A DNA stretch of 64,000 nt from the human T2T-CHM13v2.0 reference genome, Homo sapiens, in assembly GCF_009914755.1 (NCBI RefSeq), contig NC_060936.1. One strand, 5' to 3'. Within the stretch, counting starts at the first letter, position 1. Every line of letters begins with the position of its first letter. The translations under genes were made by a program, and so were the position numbers. Positions 27,050 to 42,609 of this stretch are shown piece by piece. The notes under the pieces were generated by a model, which did no database searches, had not been told where the DNA came from, and saw nothing but the letters and a program-made list of their open reading frames with translations.

Positions 27050-28400
27050 TTGATTTTATTTTCCAAAGATGGCTACAACAATATCTCCCATCCCATACTT
27101 TCTTCTAGAATCTTGTAAATTTCCCATTAAGAAATACAATCTGATTCCTGCCCCCTTAAACCTGGACAGGTTTGTGACTTGCTTGTAACAACAATACAAG
27201 ATTTCCCAAGCTAGGTCAGAAAAGGTAGTACAACTTTCACCTTATAGATGGAATACTCAGGCCATTCCTAGCCTTTCCAGATGGCAAACAATTCTTTAAT
27301 TAAAAGAGAGCCTCAAGTCAAAGATCAAATCCAGGGTGGGACTATAAGATCATTTGTGAAGACTTCAAAAAGATCTAAGGCTATACCTCATAGATCATTT
27401 AAGAACCACAAAAGGCTCTCTGAGGATCTTAAAAACATGCCTCATAGGTCCTCCCTGTTAAACAATATAGGGTTTCTAAGTATCTAAGGAAGTGTCTTTC
27501 ATCAGACTTACAGGGAACACAAAATAGAGAATGGATTATCTTAAAGAGATTTGTGACTGTGGCTTTTGTTTAATGGACTGAAACCCAATGAGATTCATAG
27601 AAAATCCACGAAGTTCTTAAGAATTGTGTTGCTGAAAACACTGCCAGTTTAAAAGAGAAGGCCGGGCATGGTGGCTCATGCCTGTAATCCCAGCACTTTG
27701 GGAGGACGAGGTGGGCAGATCATGAGGTCAAGAGATCGAGACCATCCTGGCCAACATGGTGAAACCCTGCCTCTACTAAAAATACAAAAAATTAGCTGGG
27801 CGTGGTGACATGCACCTGTAGTCTCAGCTACCCAGGAGGCTGAGGCAGGAGAATTGCTTGAACCTGGGAGGCGGAGGTTGCAGTGAGCCGAGATCACGCA
27901 CTGCACTCCAGCCTGGCAACGGAGTGAGACTCCATCTCAAAAAAAAAAAAAAAAGAAAGAAAAAGAAAAGAAAAAGAGACAGTACAAAATGAAAGGAAGC
28001 CTCTGAATTCTAGAACTGCTATAGGCAGGAAGCAAACTGAGAAGATTTAGTTTTATGCATAGGTCACTTATTATAACAATAAAGAAAAGATTACTCAAAG
28101 AAAGTAAGACTCCAGAGGGCAGAGCCAAAAGTCGTGGCCAACTCTCAGAGAGTAGAACCAAACCCTACTGACAAAACTGGCAACACGTACCTGGCTGGAC
28201 TTCAGAATTTCTATTGGCCAGTGACTTCTATGTACCTATACTCTTCCATCCATTTGTAATGGAAGCATCTATTGTGGTTAACCTATGCGTCTGGCCTTTA
28301 CATGATGGATATGTGGGAGGCACCAAGAGGAACAGTACTTGAATGCTTTGCTTAAGGAAACTGACTTAAGGAGACTCAACTGCAAAAGGACCTAACTTAA
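27050..28400 (+). mobile_element. MLT1 LTR fragment plus probable MaLR internal sequence, interrupted by an Alu
   Basis: LTR start ccaaagatggctacaacaatatctcccatccca...aagctaggtcagaaaagg; the following sequence resembles MLT-int. Confidence 0.55.
27660..27970 (+). mobile_element. AluSc
   Basis: ggccgggcatggtggctc...aggtcaagagatcgagaccatcctggccaac; A/GAAAA tail; TSD aaaagaga. Confidence 0.95.
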
Positions 28401-28554
28401 TTAGAGAAATAAAAGGTTTGCTTCTCGAGGTCTATTTACAGACTAAGAATTACAAAATAAAAGATCTAGTGTATGTGGATTAATAATTTTAATAAGCGAA
28501 AGTGGTATGTACTTTCTAAAGTATATCACAAATGTGATATAAAGAGATAATTGA

Positions 28555-28780
28555 GAGGCAGAATAATGTGTTGGTCAAAGTGCAAGCCCTGAATCAGAAT
28601 GGATGGAATCAAATCATGGCTCCACTCACCTCTAGTTCTATCAATGAAGGCAAGTCAGTTATATGCTCTGTGCTTTCATCCCCCATTTGTAAATCAGACA
28701 TGACAATAGTACTTACCTAGGGTTGTTGTGAGAATTAAATTAGTGAGAATATGCAAAACATTTAGAAAAGTTCTTAATAA
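28555..28780 (+). mobile_element. MIR SINE
   Basis: catttgtaaatcagacatgacaatagtacttacctagggttgttgtgagaattaaat. Confidence 0.75.
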
Positions 28781-30028
28781 TTATAGAGATAATTTACCTA
28801 CAAAAATCTAATTGACAATGATGACTTTTATTGCTGAAAGGAAGGAAACTTTTAACTCCTCTCAAATTACTGGGAGTTCAAAAATGAATCTTGTTGAGTG
28901 AAGAAAATTGCTACAGAAGACTTTGGAAGTGATTACACAAGTACAACATAGTAAAGCTAGAATCTTCTGCCACTTGTCAAAATAAACTAAAAATAGATGA
29001 AGAATAATAAACACTAAGTTGTGAATCCTAGTGTCTACTTACGATAATTTAATGACAATAAATCTAGGCAGATCTACTGGGTTATGCTAAGACATTTTCC
29101 TAGCTGTATCTAATTTGATTGACTTTTTCTGTTTAATTAGTGAATATTATAATTATGTGTTCTGAAAGTTGTATGAATTTCATACCATCAAATAGCACTA
29201 ATGCAAAATAGAGCAAAATATCAAGACTTAGAGTCTCTTTTGTGAACTTGCCTTCTTGCAAAGAATATAGTTAACTCCCTGGAGTAATCCTTATTTGTCT
29301 ACATAATGAATGCTGTGGGAAAATGAGGCACTTCCACTCTTGTTCTCATCGGCATTGATATGACCTTGTCTGATTTAGTTGAACCAAGGGCATTTTCAAT
29401 AATTACAAGCTCAGAGGTCTACCACAGATCCTCTCATGGGAGGATTACTTAATGTAGGCAAAGTAGATACAACCCTTCATGTCTGGTCCATTTTAATTTA
29501 TTGGTTGCCTAAATATTCAATCAGAGCTTTCACCAGCTATATTTGTAGAGCTGCTCAAATGTTTTTATAAAAGTAAGCACATAGAAATTACAAACGGTGC
29601 TTCTTTTCATTCTTGCAGGCTGACACCTACAAAATATATTTTGTTAGGTTATAAATAGTTAAAAAACTTTTTTGAGCTACAATGCTTTTAATTGCTTAAT
29701 TTTGAATTTTATGAAACATGTTCTAGAAATATTTAGGAAACAATATCACATCCTGTGGCATCAAGAAAGGCAGGAACTTTGTTTTTCTAATTAATAAAGA
29801 AGGCTAAAAAGAGTCAGTTGTTAAATAGGCAATGGGAAACCATAATTGTAATCCATGGGAACCACGGATTTTTGCTGGAATATAAAGGATGATTTAAAAT
29901 TAGCTTAAGATTTCACTGATTCTTAATGTATTTTGTTGATATATTGATTAGAAAAAAATTACATTTAGCCACACCTAAACTTATTTTGGCTTGTTTATCA
30001 AATTTTCAGATTAATTCTTGTTGATCAG

Positions 30029-30090
30029 TTTCCTTTCCTCCTTCCTTCCTTCCTTCCTTCCTTCCTTCCTTCCTTCCTTCCTTCCTTCCT
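30029..30090. repeat. (TTCC)n microsatellite at an L2 tail
   Basis: Read directly. Confidence 0.95.
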
Positions 30091-30229
30091 CATGCTCCAC
30101 AACAAACATTTGTTAGGCAACAGTTCATTTACTAACACCATAATAGGTGCTAGAGATTCCAGTAGAAATCATAATCTCTGTCACCATGAAGTTCATGAAT
30201 TTACAATAAAAACAAAACCAATTAACAAA

Positions 30230-30532
30230 GGTGGGCCCCGAATTCAATGACTGGCCTCCTTATAAGAAGAGGAGAGGATACAGAGACCCAGAGAAGAAGG
30301 CCATGAGAAAACAGAGGCAGAGATTGAAATTATGCTGCCACAAGAGGAGGAACACCTGGAAGCTGGAAGAGGCAAGAAAGGATTCTTTCCTAGTGCATTT
30401 GGAGGGAGCATGGTCTTGCTGACTCCTTGATTTCAGACTTCTAGGCTCCAGACTTGTGAGAGAATAAATTTCTGTTGTATCAAGCCACCCAGTTTGTGGT
30501 ACTTTTTGTGGCATCCTTAAGAAACGAATACA
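30230..30532 (+). mobile_element. MLT1C-like LTR (5' part missing) within antisense L2
   Basis: gaagctggaagaggcaagaaaggattc...gagagaataaatttctgttg...aagaaacgaataca. Confidence 0.85.
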
Positions 30533-31709
30533 GACATGTTCACTTTGAAGTACCTTTGGGACAACTGAGTCGAATGGTCAAAAGAAAGATGAATTCAGGG
30601 ATTTGGAATTCCAGCTTAGGCTGGAGATAAAACTTTGAGGATTATCAGTATGCGATTTGGCAATAAAGCCATATAAGTGGCTAAGATCATCCAACGCACT
30701 GTGTAGAATGAGACAAGAATTCCATCTAGGGCCATGAAGAACAGTACCTTTTAGGAAGAGACCAAGGTGGAGGTGCTCACAAAGGGAGACTGGAGAGGTA
30801 GAAGGAAGACCAGGATAGTGGAGGGGCACATGCAGAGGGTTTCAAGGGTTAAGTGCAGCAGACTGGTCAAGTAAAATAAAGACTTTGTCCGTTGCATTTA
30901 GGAAAAGGCAGTTGTGGTGACCTAACTGAGACTTCAGTGCAAGAGTGGAGTAATTTTCAGGAATGACTGAGAGATCCAAAAGTGAGTCCAGGAAGTGTAG
31001 ACAGCTCTTTCCAGGGGATTGAATGTGAAAGGTGGAAAACCGACTGCAACTAGAAGCAAAGAATGAAGAAGACCTTTCACATTGCTTAATTGTCACTATT
31101 TGGATTTTCTTACAGATGATTATGCTCTTAACTAATGAGACACTTTGATGTTTAGACAATGATGATAAAACAAAACAGTACCTCATTTTAATTGTTGTTG
31201 TCCACAAAACTGCTCACTAAATTATGGCAAAGCAACTAGAACATGTTTTACAGATACAAATCTAAAAAGTCAGTAAATGAGAATCTGTTGTTGGTAGAAA
31301 TTTTCTGCATAATTTACAAAGAGGGAAATTATAGGCAGAATAATGTTTTGAAATGCAAAACATCTGACTCATAGTAGAGATGAAGAGCAGTGAATGACCC
31401 ATGAGAGAAACTTATCTTATTGTTCACACACAGGGTAGAGAAAATTCAAACCGATAAGGCATCAGGCAAAGCAAAACTGCTTTAACGAAGGTGAGTCATA
31501 ATGCCACTCAGGGAGATGAATCAGGTGCCCACATGTCCAATCACTTTCATAATTACAGCTCCCTACATCTTTTAAATTAAAACTGAAGTCAGGTAACAAC
31601 TAATGTCCCTTTAGAACAAACTTAGCCAAATGGAAATAGACAGAGTCCTAAGAAGTAAAATGAGCATATCAAAGAGATGCAGCTTTTCTGGAAAGGAAAA
31701 AAAGAAAGA

Positions 31710-32079
<370 letters not shown>

Positions 32080-33013
32080 TTAAATGCTTTTATTGTGCCC
32101 TCTGTTCCAACTGATTTTGATACCTTCCCATCATGGAATCACTACAGTAGTTTTTGCTCAACATGAAGTCTTAGATATATTATACCTGAGGCCCCTAAGG
32201 TTTCCTGCTCAAGCCAGGAGAGTAAGCAGCCTCCCTGCCCCCTCCCACCCACTTCCCTTCTAGCTTTCACAGTCAATCAAAAGCCTAGTAAATTCTACAT
32301 CTTAGACATCTACCCTCTGTCCTTTCCCAGAGATACAGCCTGATCTAAGCTGCTACTGACTGACCTGTAACAACTAGTTTCACTCATCCCGGTTGCCTCC
32401 TTTAGGCAAAGCTACAGCACAGCTAGCGTGAACATGGAAACATACAAATCAGATATCATTCTGTTGCCTAAACCTTAGATGGTTTCCCGCCAAGACCAAC
32501 ACAAGCTTATATGAGCCTCTGCGAGAATTTTGAAAAAAAGGTAATTGCCCCTACTATGGGATAAGCAGAAAAGAGCCACATTTCAGACCCGATTTACCCT
32601 GTGGTTAGGCTTATTTATGTGGCGATGAAAATGCAGCAGACGTTGCCTGTAGAATAAAATCCAGACTCTTTAAAATGGCTTATGAAGCCCTCTACAACCT
32701 GGCCCCTGCCAATCTCTGCAGTCACCTCTCACCATTCTTTGATCTTGCTCTTACAGATCAGTTTCAGTTCCTTGACCATATCATGTTCTCACTTATATCT
32801 TTGCCAAACCTGCCACTGTTTGGAATAGTCTTCCCTCCTTTGTGACCACATAATTCCTGCTCACTTTTCAGGTTTTGACAAAAATATTACCTCCCTTTAC
32901 AGGTCTTCCCCGATGCCCTTGATTAAAAATGCTTTCTTGCCATACACTCCCCCAGATCACCTAAATGTGTCCTTGCATAACAGTCATTAGGATTCATTGA
33001 AATTGCTGGCATA

Positions 33014-33321
33014 GGCTGAGTGCAGTGCGCATGCCTGTAATGCCAGCACTTTGGGAGGCTGAGACAAGTAAATCACCTGAGCCCAGGAGTTCAAGACCAG
33101 CCTGGGCAATGTGGTGAAACCCCATCTCTACAAAAAAAAAAAAAAAAAAAAAAAGAAAAGAAGTAGCTGGGCATGGTGTTGCATGCCTGTAGTCTCAGCT
33201 ACTCAAGAGGCTGAAGCTGGGGGGTTACTTGCACCTGGAAGTGTAGGCTGCAGTGAGCTGTAATCGTGCCACTGAATTCCAGCCTGGGCAACACAGTGAG
33301 ACCCTGTCTCAAAATAAGAGA
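33014..33321 (+). mobile_element. AluJ with expanded central A-tract, inserted in L2
   Basis: cctgagcccaggagttcaagaccagcctgggcaa; 15-bp TSD gaaattgctgg(c/t)ata at 32999-33013 and 33322-33336. Confidence 0.93.
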
Positions 33322-33864
33322 GAAATTGCTGGTATAACGTCAACATTTTCTAATGAACTCTCAGCTCAAAGAGAGCAGAGATTTTGTCTGTTTGCTCCCC
33401 ACTGTATTATCTGTATATAGTAATGTGTCTGATGCTTAGAAGCTCAAGAAATATTTATTGACTGAATAAATAATTACATGAATAAAAAAGCCTGGAATCC
33501 TTGTTACAGTATAGTGGGAAGAGGTCTAGTCCAGGCTCTTCCACTAACTTATTGGTTCTGTGACTGTAAACAAGTTTCCTAACCACGGTGAGCCTACTCT
33601 TTAAATGTAATCTTTAAAATGTTGACAATACCGTTTGTCCTATCTACCATCAAAATTGTCATGAGGCTCAATGAAGCTGAGGACAACTAATGTGTACTGA
33701 CAGCCTACCACGTGCAAAGCTTTATGCTAGGTACTGCCATCTGTATTATCTTGAAAAATAGAAGAATCTCTGAAAGACTGTCATTTACCCAAAGATCATT
33801 TTTCATAGTAAGTGGCAAACTAAAGACTTAAGTAGGAATTTCTGTGATTCCAAAGGCTCTTTTC

Positions 33865-33953
33865 TTCTCGTCCCTTCCCTTCCTTTCCCTGCCCTGCCCT
33901 GCCTTCCCCTCCTCTCCCTCCCCTCCCCTCCTCTCCTCTCTTTCTCCTTCCTC
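33865..33953. repeat. CT-rich low-complexity tract
   Basis: cccttcccttcctttccctgccctgccct...; accounts for ORF 33844..34200. Confidence 0.85.
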
Positions 33954-34468
33954 ACCATGTTCCATCAATATCTATCTGATTAATACTTCAAGTCACAGGA
34001 CAAGCATCACTCGTTTTGTGAAACCATCTCTGATTCTTCTGACCAGATTTATGTGCTCCTATAACTATGTTCATATTGTACTTACTATAATAACATTAGT
34101 TTTAAATTTTTTTTTACCACAAAGTTTTTGTGAGAGGGGAGCATGTCTTCCCACTATTATATTATTTCCAGTATCTTGCCTGGATATTAACATTTTATAA
34201 GTACTAAAGGAATATTTGTTAAATGAATGAATGAACTTACTTTCTCTGGCTTTTTTAGAAAATTTGATAATACACCTAATTTTTGTTCAGTGTTTACAGT
34301 TTTATATTTAATTTATAAACAGCAATAATTGAGGCCCCAACCACAGTAGCTCATATGCTTAAAGTTGTTAAGATAGTATTATGAACATACGACATCAGCT
34401 CTTGCCCAATAATAGACGTTTGGTTTTAGATTAATATATTTAAGATTAATCGTAAAGTGCAACTAATA

Positions 34469-34786
<318 letters not shown>

Positions 34787-36474
34787 TTATTGCCTGAAAG
34801 GGAATATGCTAAATATGAGATACAGGGAAATGATTCAGGTTCACTTCAAATTTAATATTCCAGTTTTAATTTGATATAAGGCAACCTCAGGGAACAAACA
34901 TGTTGTTAGTAGCAAACTACTTAGCTTAGAGAACTTAACATAGTATTTATTGTAATGTTCCCCTGTTCTAGAAAATCATAACTAATAATAGAAATAAAAC
35001 CCAGCTGCATATCAATGGCCAAGAACATATCAATGGACTAGAAAATATGCTAAGGAGACTAAAACAGACCTGAACATTTCCTTCAAATTTAAATAAAGTA
35101 AGTACTTTTTACTTATTACTAAGATCTGAAAGATATATTAAAAATACTTTGAAATTACGTAACATGTGATCTAAATTGTTCATCTAAAACAACAGCTTGT
35201 CAAAATGCTAATCACTAGGAACCGAGAGGTTTGTTTAGTTAATAGTGCTTCCTTTCACATGTGCTTATGTGCTTTTCAGAAGGAAATCTGAAATCTATTA
35301 TTAGCTTTCCATAGTCAACTCCTGATTATCCGAGTTAATAAAATAGAACCCAGACATCTGTGCTAATAGAGAGAACACAGACATACAATAGACCTGATTC
35401 AGATCCAAAAAAGCAGATAACACAAAAATTACATCTTTGACTCCGGAATAAATGTTGATTCTTTGTAGCATATGTGCCTTCCTAATAACACTCCATTAGT
35501 TTTTCTACTATAGCACAGGGGAACTATGCTACGGAAAACTCACCTACACATGTAAGTGAGAGTTCACTCTAGATTGTGTGAACGCATTGTTAGATGTTAG
35601 AATTCTGTCAGTGGTATTCATTCCGCACACTGGATTCTGATCATCACTAATATGTTGAAAGGTCTCATTCTCTTCAATGCTCCAGGCCCTAATACAAGAT
35701 TCCCAACCTCATAAATGGCTCCTGTAGAAAGTAACAACATCAGGGTGAAGAAAAAGTCAGTTATGGGAAAGAAAAAAAAAAGCCATGCTATGCTTTGTTT
35801 TGACCTCGTGAAAGAACAGGGATCACTCAAGTTTTTACTGTTATTTTCAAAGTCAAGCCTTAGATACTTGTTCACTAAAGGGGAAGAAAATTATAAATTA
35901 TTGTACATTATTAGATACATGGCTTTCTAGAGTGAAATTAATGATTTTGGAAATGCTGGGCCAATTACTTTATAAATGTCTAAGAAAAATGAATATCTTC
36001 CTCATGTAAATAACTGCAATCTTTTCATCTGTAAAATCAGATCAGTTATGTAACAAAATCTTACATTAAAAATGACATATCTCCCTGAGGCAACTTATGA
36101 AATAACGAATGAAAGGTAGGCTCATGCTTCCGAAGAAAGCAATGTAGTTCAGAAAAAACTACAGAGCTCACCTTACTATATACATAGCAATAGGCACATA
36201 GGTGGCAGAATCCCAGCAAAGCAAATATTCTTTCAGTGATTCAATAATTTGCCATTTATTGAGCACCTATTATAAGGTCAGTCATCATGCTGGACACTGT
36301 GGATACACTTTATTTGAGACATGGTCCCTGCATTTAAGGAGCTCACAGACATGTAAATAATTTTGTGTAAGAGATGCAATAGTCGAAGCATGTGAAGAAC
36401 GCTAGGGGGAGTATGGATGCAAGAATTGGTGGGAGTTAAAGAAGGCTTCACAAAGGAGGTTACTGGCATAGACA

Positions 36475-37413
<939 letters not shown>

Positions 37414-38016
37414 TAAGAACAACATACTTAGAAGTCCATGATATATTTGGATAGAGGTGAACAGGAAGTTATATCCAAATTATCAAGGACTGTGTTGAGC
37501 ATGCTAAGACATTTGGATATTCTTATATAAAAGTTATTAAGCAGGGACAAAGCATAAGATGTTCTTAAACAGCGGAATGGCATGATCAGATATCCTTTTT
37601 AAAAAAATAAAAATAAAAAAAGAACTCTGTTAGCTTTAAGAGACTGTCAAGTCCTGGAGGTGGGAAGCCTAAATGAGAGACATCAATAGTTTATTTAGGT
37701 CTGGATGATCCCTAATATAGTCTCCCACCCTCTGTCTTATGTCTTAAGATTTCATTATCAGAGCTTTAGCTTTATAATTTAGTACGTATTAAAGTAAAAA
37801 TTGGTATTTTGGGAATGATAGGATAGAAAATTGCATAAGTGGTTAAGTTGAGCTTGGGGATGTGGGGCAAAGGTGACAGTTTTAAAATCCTTCCCTCTTT
37901 ATTGTGTAATCTCAAAAAGATCAAGGGACTGGTATTGATGGGAGAGGCACCTTGAGGCCAGAGCAGATGGAGAGAGGGACAGACACTCTCTTTCCAAAAT
38001 CAGAGGAGCATGGGAT

Positions 38017-38578
38017 ATGTTTGTTTTCTGCCTCTCCATAATATGGCACAACGAACTTAGTGGCTTACAAGAGCATGCATTTATTATCTCACAGTTTACA
38101 AGAGTCAGGAGTCTGGGTGGCTTAACTGGGCCCTCTGCTCAGGGTCTCATTTAGATATTGGCCAGGGCTCCAGCTCTCATCTGAGGGCCAGGGTCCTTTT
38201 CTAAGCTCACAGACTGTTGGCCCAATTTGCTTCCTTGCAGCTGCAGAGCTCATGTGGTTTATTCTCCAAAGCTAGCAACAAAGAGAGAGAAATTCAGCTG
38301 CATCAAGTTGCTAACTTCTATGCCCGAAATTTAAGGAATCAGCTTATTATCAGTTCATCTCTCTTTTGATTAACTTAAAACCAGTGATTGGAGACCTTAA
38401 TTACATCTGCACAATCCATTCACCTTTGCCCTAAAACATCTGGGAGTTATATCCTATCACCTTTGCCATTGGCTAGTAGCAAGTTATGGGCCTCACACAC
38501 ACTCAAAAGAAGGACCTCACACAAAGGCATGGAGACAGGGAGCAGGATCACAGCCTTCTTAGAATCCTGCCAATGACA
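38017..38578 (-). mobile_element. MLT1E/F-like LTR
   Basis: cttagtggcttacaa...atttattatctcacagtt...ctctgctcagggtctca...gaccttaattacatctgca. Confidence 0.8.
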
Positions 38579-41500
38579 GATTTGAAGAGTTGAGGTCACT
38601 AGAGTCTAGGAGAGGCAAGGAACAATCAGTCTATCCAGTAGGTAGAAGTAACTGGGGAGAATGTCTGGAACAAGTTCTGTTACAGGCTGGCTCACTGTGG
38701 CATGACACCTAAAAGTGAAGCCTGCGTTTGAAGGGCCTGGCCCCAGGTAAACACATGAGGCACCCACCCAACATAGACAAGTGCAGAGAGCAAGAGGGGA
38801 AGATGTTCTCCCCAAAGAAGACTGTACAGATAGAAGATCTGAATAGAGAAAAAGGACTTGTAGTTTGAAAACTGTTTTCAACTAGGGGGAAGGAGGGGAT
38901 TTTCTCCATAGCACCAACCTGGGAATACCAAAAGACTCTTTTCCTCCTTTTGTTTTAATTTTTCAATTACCGTAAGCTTTTCTCTCACAGCTTTATTTTT
39001 AACTTTAATGATCACACATATATCACACAAATATAACTAATATGCAGGGAGATTTTTCAAGAGATATAAACATCCTGGTTGAGAAAGTCAGGAGAGAAAA
39101 ACTACTAAGTAAACTAAAAATGACAAGATAATTAGAGAGAAGATATATACAGCAATAAATTTGAATTTCAAAGAAAATTTCAGGTAACAAATCTGTTATA
39201 TTTTCACGTGCATTAATAGAAGTTAAAGCAAGAGAAAATTGAGTTAATAAAAAATTGATTTAAAAAAAAACAGATTTTCAACACAAAATCTCTCTGAAAC
39301 TACTGCGCCCTTGCCTCTGCTGTAATTTTGGAAGGATTAGCGCTTGTAGGACTCTGGCTGTCCCCAGCAGTGACACACCTTCCCACCCCAGGATACATAA
39401 AACTGGGGCACAGAGCAGATGGAATTTTCAGCTCTGCTCATCAGCAGGTTGACCTGCTTGTTCCAAGCAATTTTGTGAATTTAAGACTCTGGTGCCTGGC
39501 TGGACTCATAGCACCCGGGTGCTCTGCAATTTGTACAGAATTCTAAAATTTCAGGCTCTGCTTGTTGCCTAGATCTTTAGTAATAACAGCAATAAAAAAG
39601 TAATAATACCCACATGTATTAAGCATTTATGAAGCTACATTAATTAAGCATATGTTGTGTTTATGTAGTTTGCAGTTAATGGCACTGGCTTAATGTAATA
39701 GGGATAGTATTTTTTAAAGAAGAACTTGATATATTTCCATCTTCAAATTGTGTTTCACTGGAAACTGCTCCTCTTCCAGGGCTGGACAGGGTACCTAATG
39801 CCCTCACGGAAGAAAAGGTGGGTTAGCAAGTCAATAGACTTAAAAATCAGAGTCCTGCTTTAGACCAATCAGAATGACGTATGAAGATCTATTGTATAGA
39901 CAAATGAGAAGCCCATCCCAGAAGAGAAAGGACATACCAGCTTCTGGAGAATTTCAAAACGGAAAAGGCTGAATGAGATGGGGAGGATAGGGAAATAGTT
40001 CTACATTTGTGTCTGGAACTTTCCTTTCTGGGCACTGGCCTCGAGAGAATGTAGCATAATAAATAGGTATTGGGCAAACATAAGAAAAGAGAGCTCTGGG
40101 TTCCCAATCCCATCTAGATTCTGGGCAGGGCCACATCCCATTAAACTTGATAGTTCCCTGTGGTAAGGACTAGCAAGATTTTGGGGATAAATCTTTCTGA
40201 GTCCCACTGATATTCCTAAATTACGAATGAGACCCAGAGGTACCTGGAGCCTCCAGAAGGGGGCCTCAGCAGGCAGCTGGTCTGAAAGCCAACTGGACTG
40301 CCCTGGGGCCAGCTTGGCAAGGGGAGAGGTGACCGCTGCAGAGGCTAGGAAAGACAGATGGCCAACCTGGCAGAGACTCAGAGGGACCACTTTGCCAGTG
40401 CGAGGCGAGCTGAGGTGACCAGCCAGAAAGAGCTCCAGGCTCTGGCCAGAATGGTCTTGACCTAAATATGCCACCTGCAGGCCACAGGTATACTGGAAGG
40501 GATGCCCACTCCCTATTATCCCTTTTCCTGTGTGTCTCTCCGGCCCCATGTACCAGCCATTCATTCGTTAGGAGTTTGAACAAAAAGCTAATTCAAACTT
40601 TCTCCATCCTCCTCAAATATCTCATCTTTGCCCTCTTTTGTTACTCTCCAAAGACAGCCTTGCTCTTGGTTCACAGAGAAAATAAGAGCCACCGGACAGT
40701 AAAATGCAAATCAGATCATCTCTCTTCGTTTAAAACACCTATCAATGACTTCTCATTGCTCTTAGGATAAATACCAAAATCCTGAAGGTAGCTACAAGGG
40801 TTTGATTGGGCTTTTACTCGCTTTGCAGCTTCAACTGCTGTCATTTCTCTCCTTTCTCTCTGACCTGCAGTTTCATGTTAATTTCTACCACAGGGATTTT
40901 TTTAAATATGCTATTCCTTCTTTAAAGAATAATCTTCCTTCCCCACCTTGGCCTACTTAATTCTTCTTTGTCTTTCAGAGCCCCACTCATTGTTGGCATG
41001 AGATCAGTCACCCCCTTGAGATACTCTCACAGCACTTTCTCATGGCACACCCTGAGTAAACATATTTATTTAATATTGCTTAGGTAAGCCAATAGTATTA
41101 TATCAACTAATTTCATTTGGAGTAGCAAGTCCCATGCACTAGCTAACTAACATCACCCCATTATCTAACTATATATTTTCATAATTTTAAGTGCTGAAAA
41201 GCAATCAACTTTTCTTCATCAAGCATCTCGTAACCTGTACCTTGCCTTCTACCTGATGTGCAATTTGTCACAAAGGCACTGGGTGAAAGTCATCATGTGA
41301 CACCACAGGAAAACAGGAAAAAGTACAGGAGACACATTTCATGATTTATCAAGAAGTGACAAGAATATAATTTACCATTACATCTATATGCAGCATTTGA
41401 TATAAAAATACTTGCCTCTAGGGTACCTAAAATCCTGGTCTATTGAAAGTACTGAACTTACCAACCAATAACTCAGCTAATATATTTAATGTATATATTT

Positions 41501-42532
41501 TTAGGAAAACAGGTCCCAAAGATGTAATCTCGCATCATCCTCTCTAACCCTTTACTTTCTCCATATCAGCTTGCCCCGAATCTTAGCTTGGAGTTGAGAG
41601 GTCATCTCAGCAGCCTGTTCCTGGCCTTCCTGTCGGCTGGAGGCCAAAGCCTCCCTCAGCTGCCTGTGTCCAGTGGCTGCTGTAATAATGATGTCTCAGC
41701 TTCAGGAGGTCTATTTCCAGGCCATGTGAGCTAATTAAAACACAGGCCTTCATTTGCCTTTCTGGCAATCCCTGATCAGTGTGAGAGGCCTATGCCACCC
41801 TCTCCATTCTAATTTTAGTTCTCCTCTAGTGTTTTCTCTCCTTTGCAGAAAAGCGTCCTATGCTGCTAAGCACTTACAGGCTTTTGTTTTTGTTATTTCT
41901 CCCACTTGGAAAGAAGCACTTTTCCACTTTACTCCTTTTGGGTTTTCTCCTCCCATCAGTTTTCTCCTGCAGGAGGTGATGGTTTGAAACTACTAGCAAA
42001 ACTGAAGATAATTAGTTACCCAAGGTAGTTGACTTGCTTAGCAGGTGCCCTTGAGAAAGTGCTAATGCACAAAATTCTTCATGTGGAAACAACTTTTTGG
42101 ACACAGCTTTCTATAAAGATAGAGAACACCTGTTATCACTGGCGATGCTCAGCTTCTTTTCCCCCAGCAATTCACAACACAACTATCCAGAGTTCAGAAC
42201 TCATAAATTCACTCACAATAGGCTGAGATGCTATTTTTCGGTCTTTTAAAACGGATACTCTTTACTTCTGATAAGCATAAAATTATCACATGGCTTCCTC
42301 CCACCCTACCCTCCCTCACTGAAAAAAAATCATTATCTCAACTATCTACTCTACATATCTACTTGAATATCCAACAGATTTTCAAATTAAAATGTTCAAA
42401 ACTGAGATTTCCCCATCTCCACTAATATCAGCTCCATCTTTCCAAAGGTCAAAACACCAAATATCTTTGAATTACAACTTTGGTCCCTTTTATTTTCTTA
42501 TATCCTACCTCCAATTCATCCAAATATATATG

Positions 42533-42565
42533 TAGATAGATTGATAGATCAATCGATAGACAGAT

Positions 42566-42599
<34 letters not shown>

Positions 42600-42609
42600 C
42601 AGATAGATC
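42533..42609. repeat. (GATA)n STR, core of 8 perfect units
   Basis: Read directly. Confidence 0.93.
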
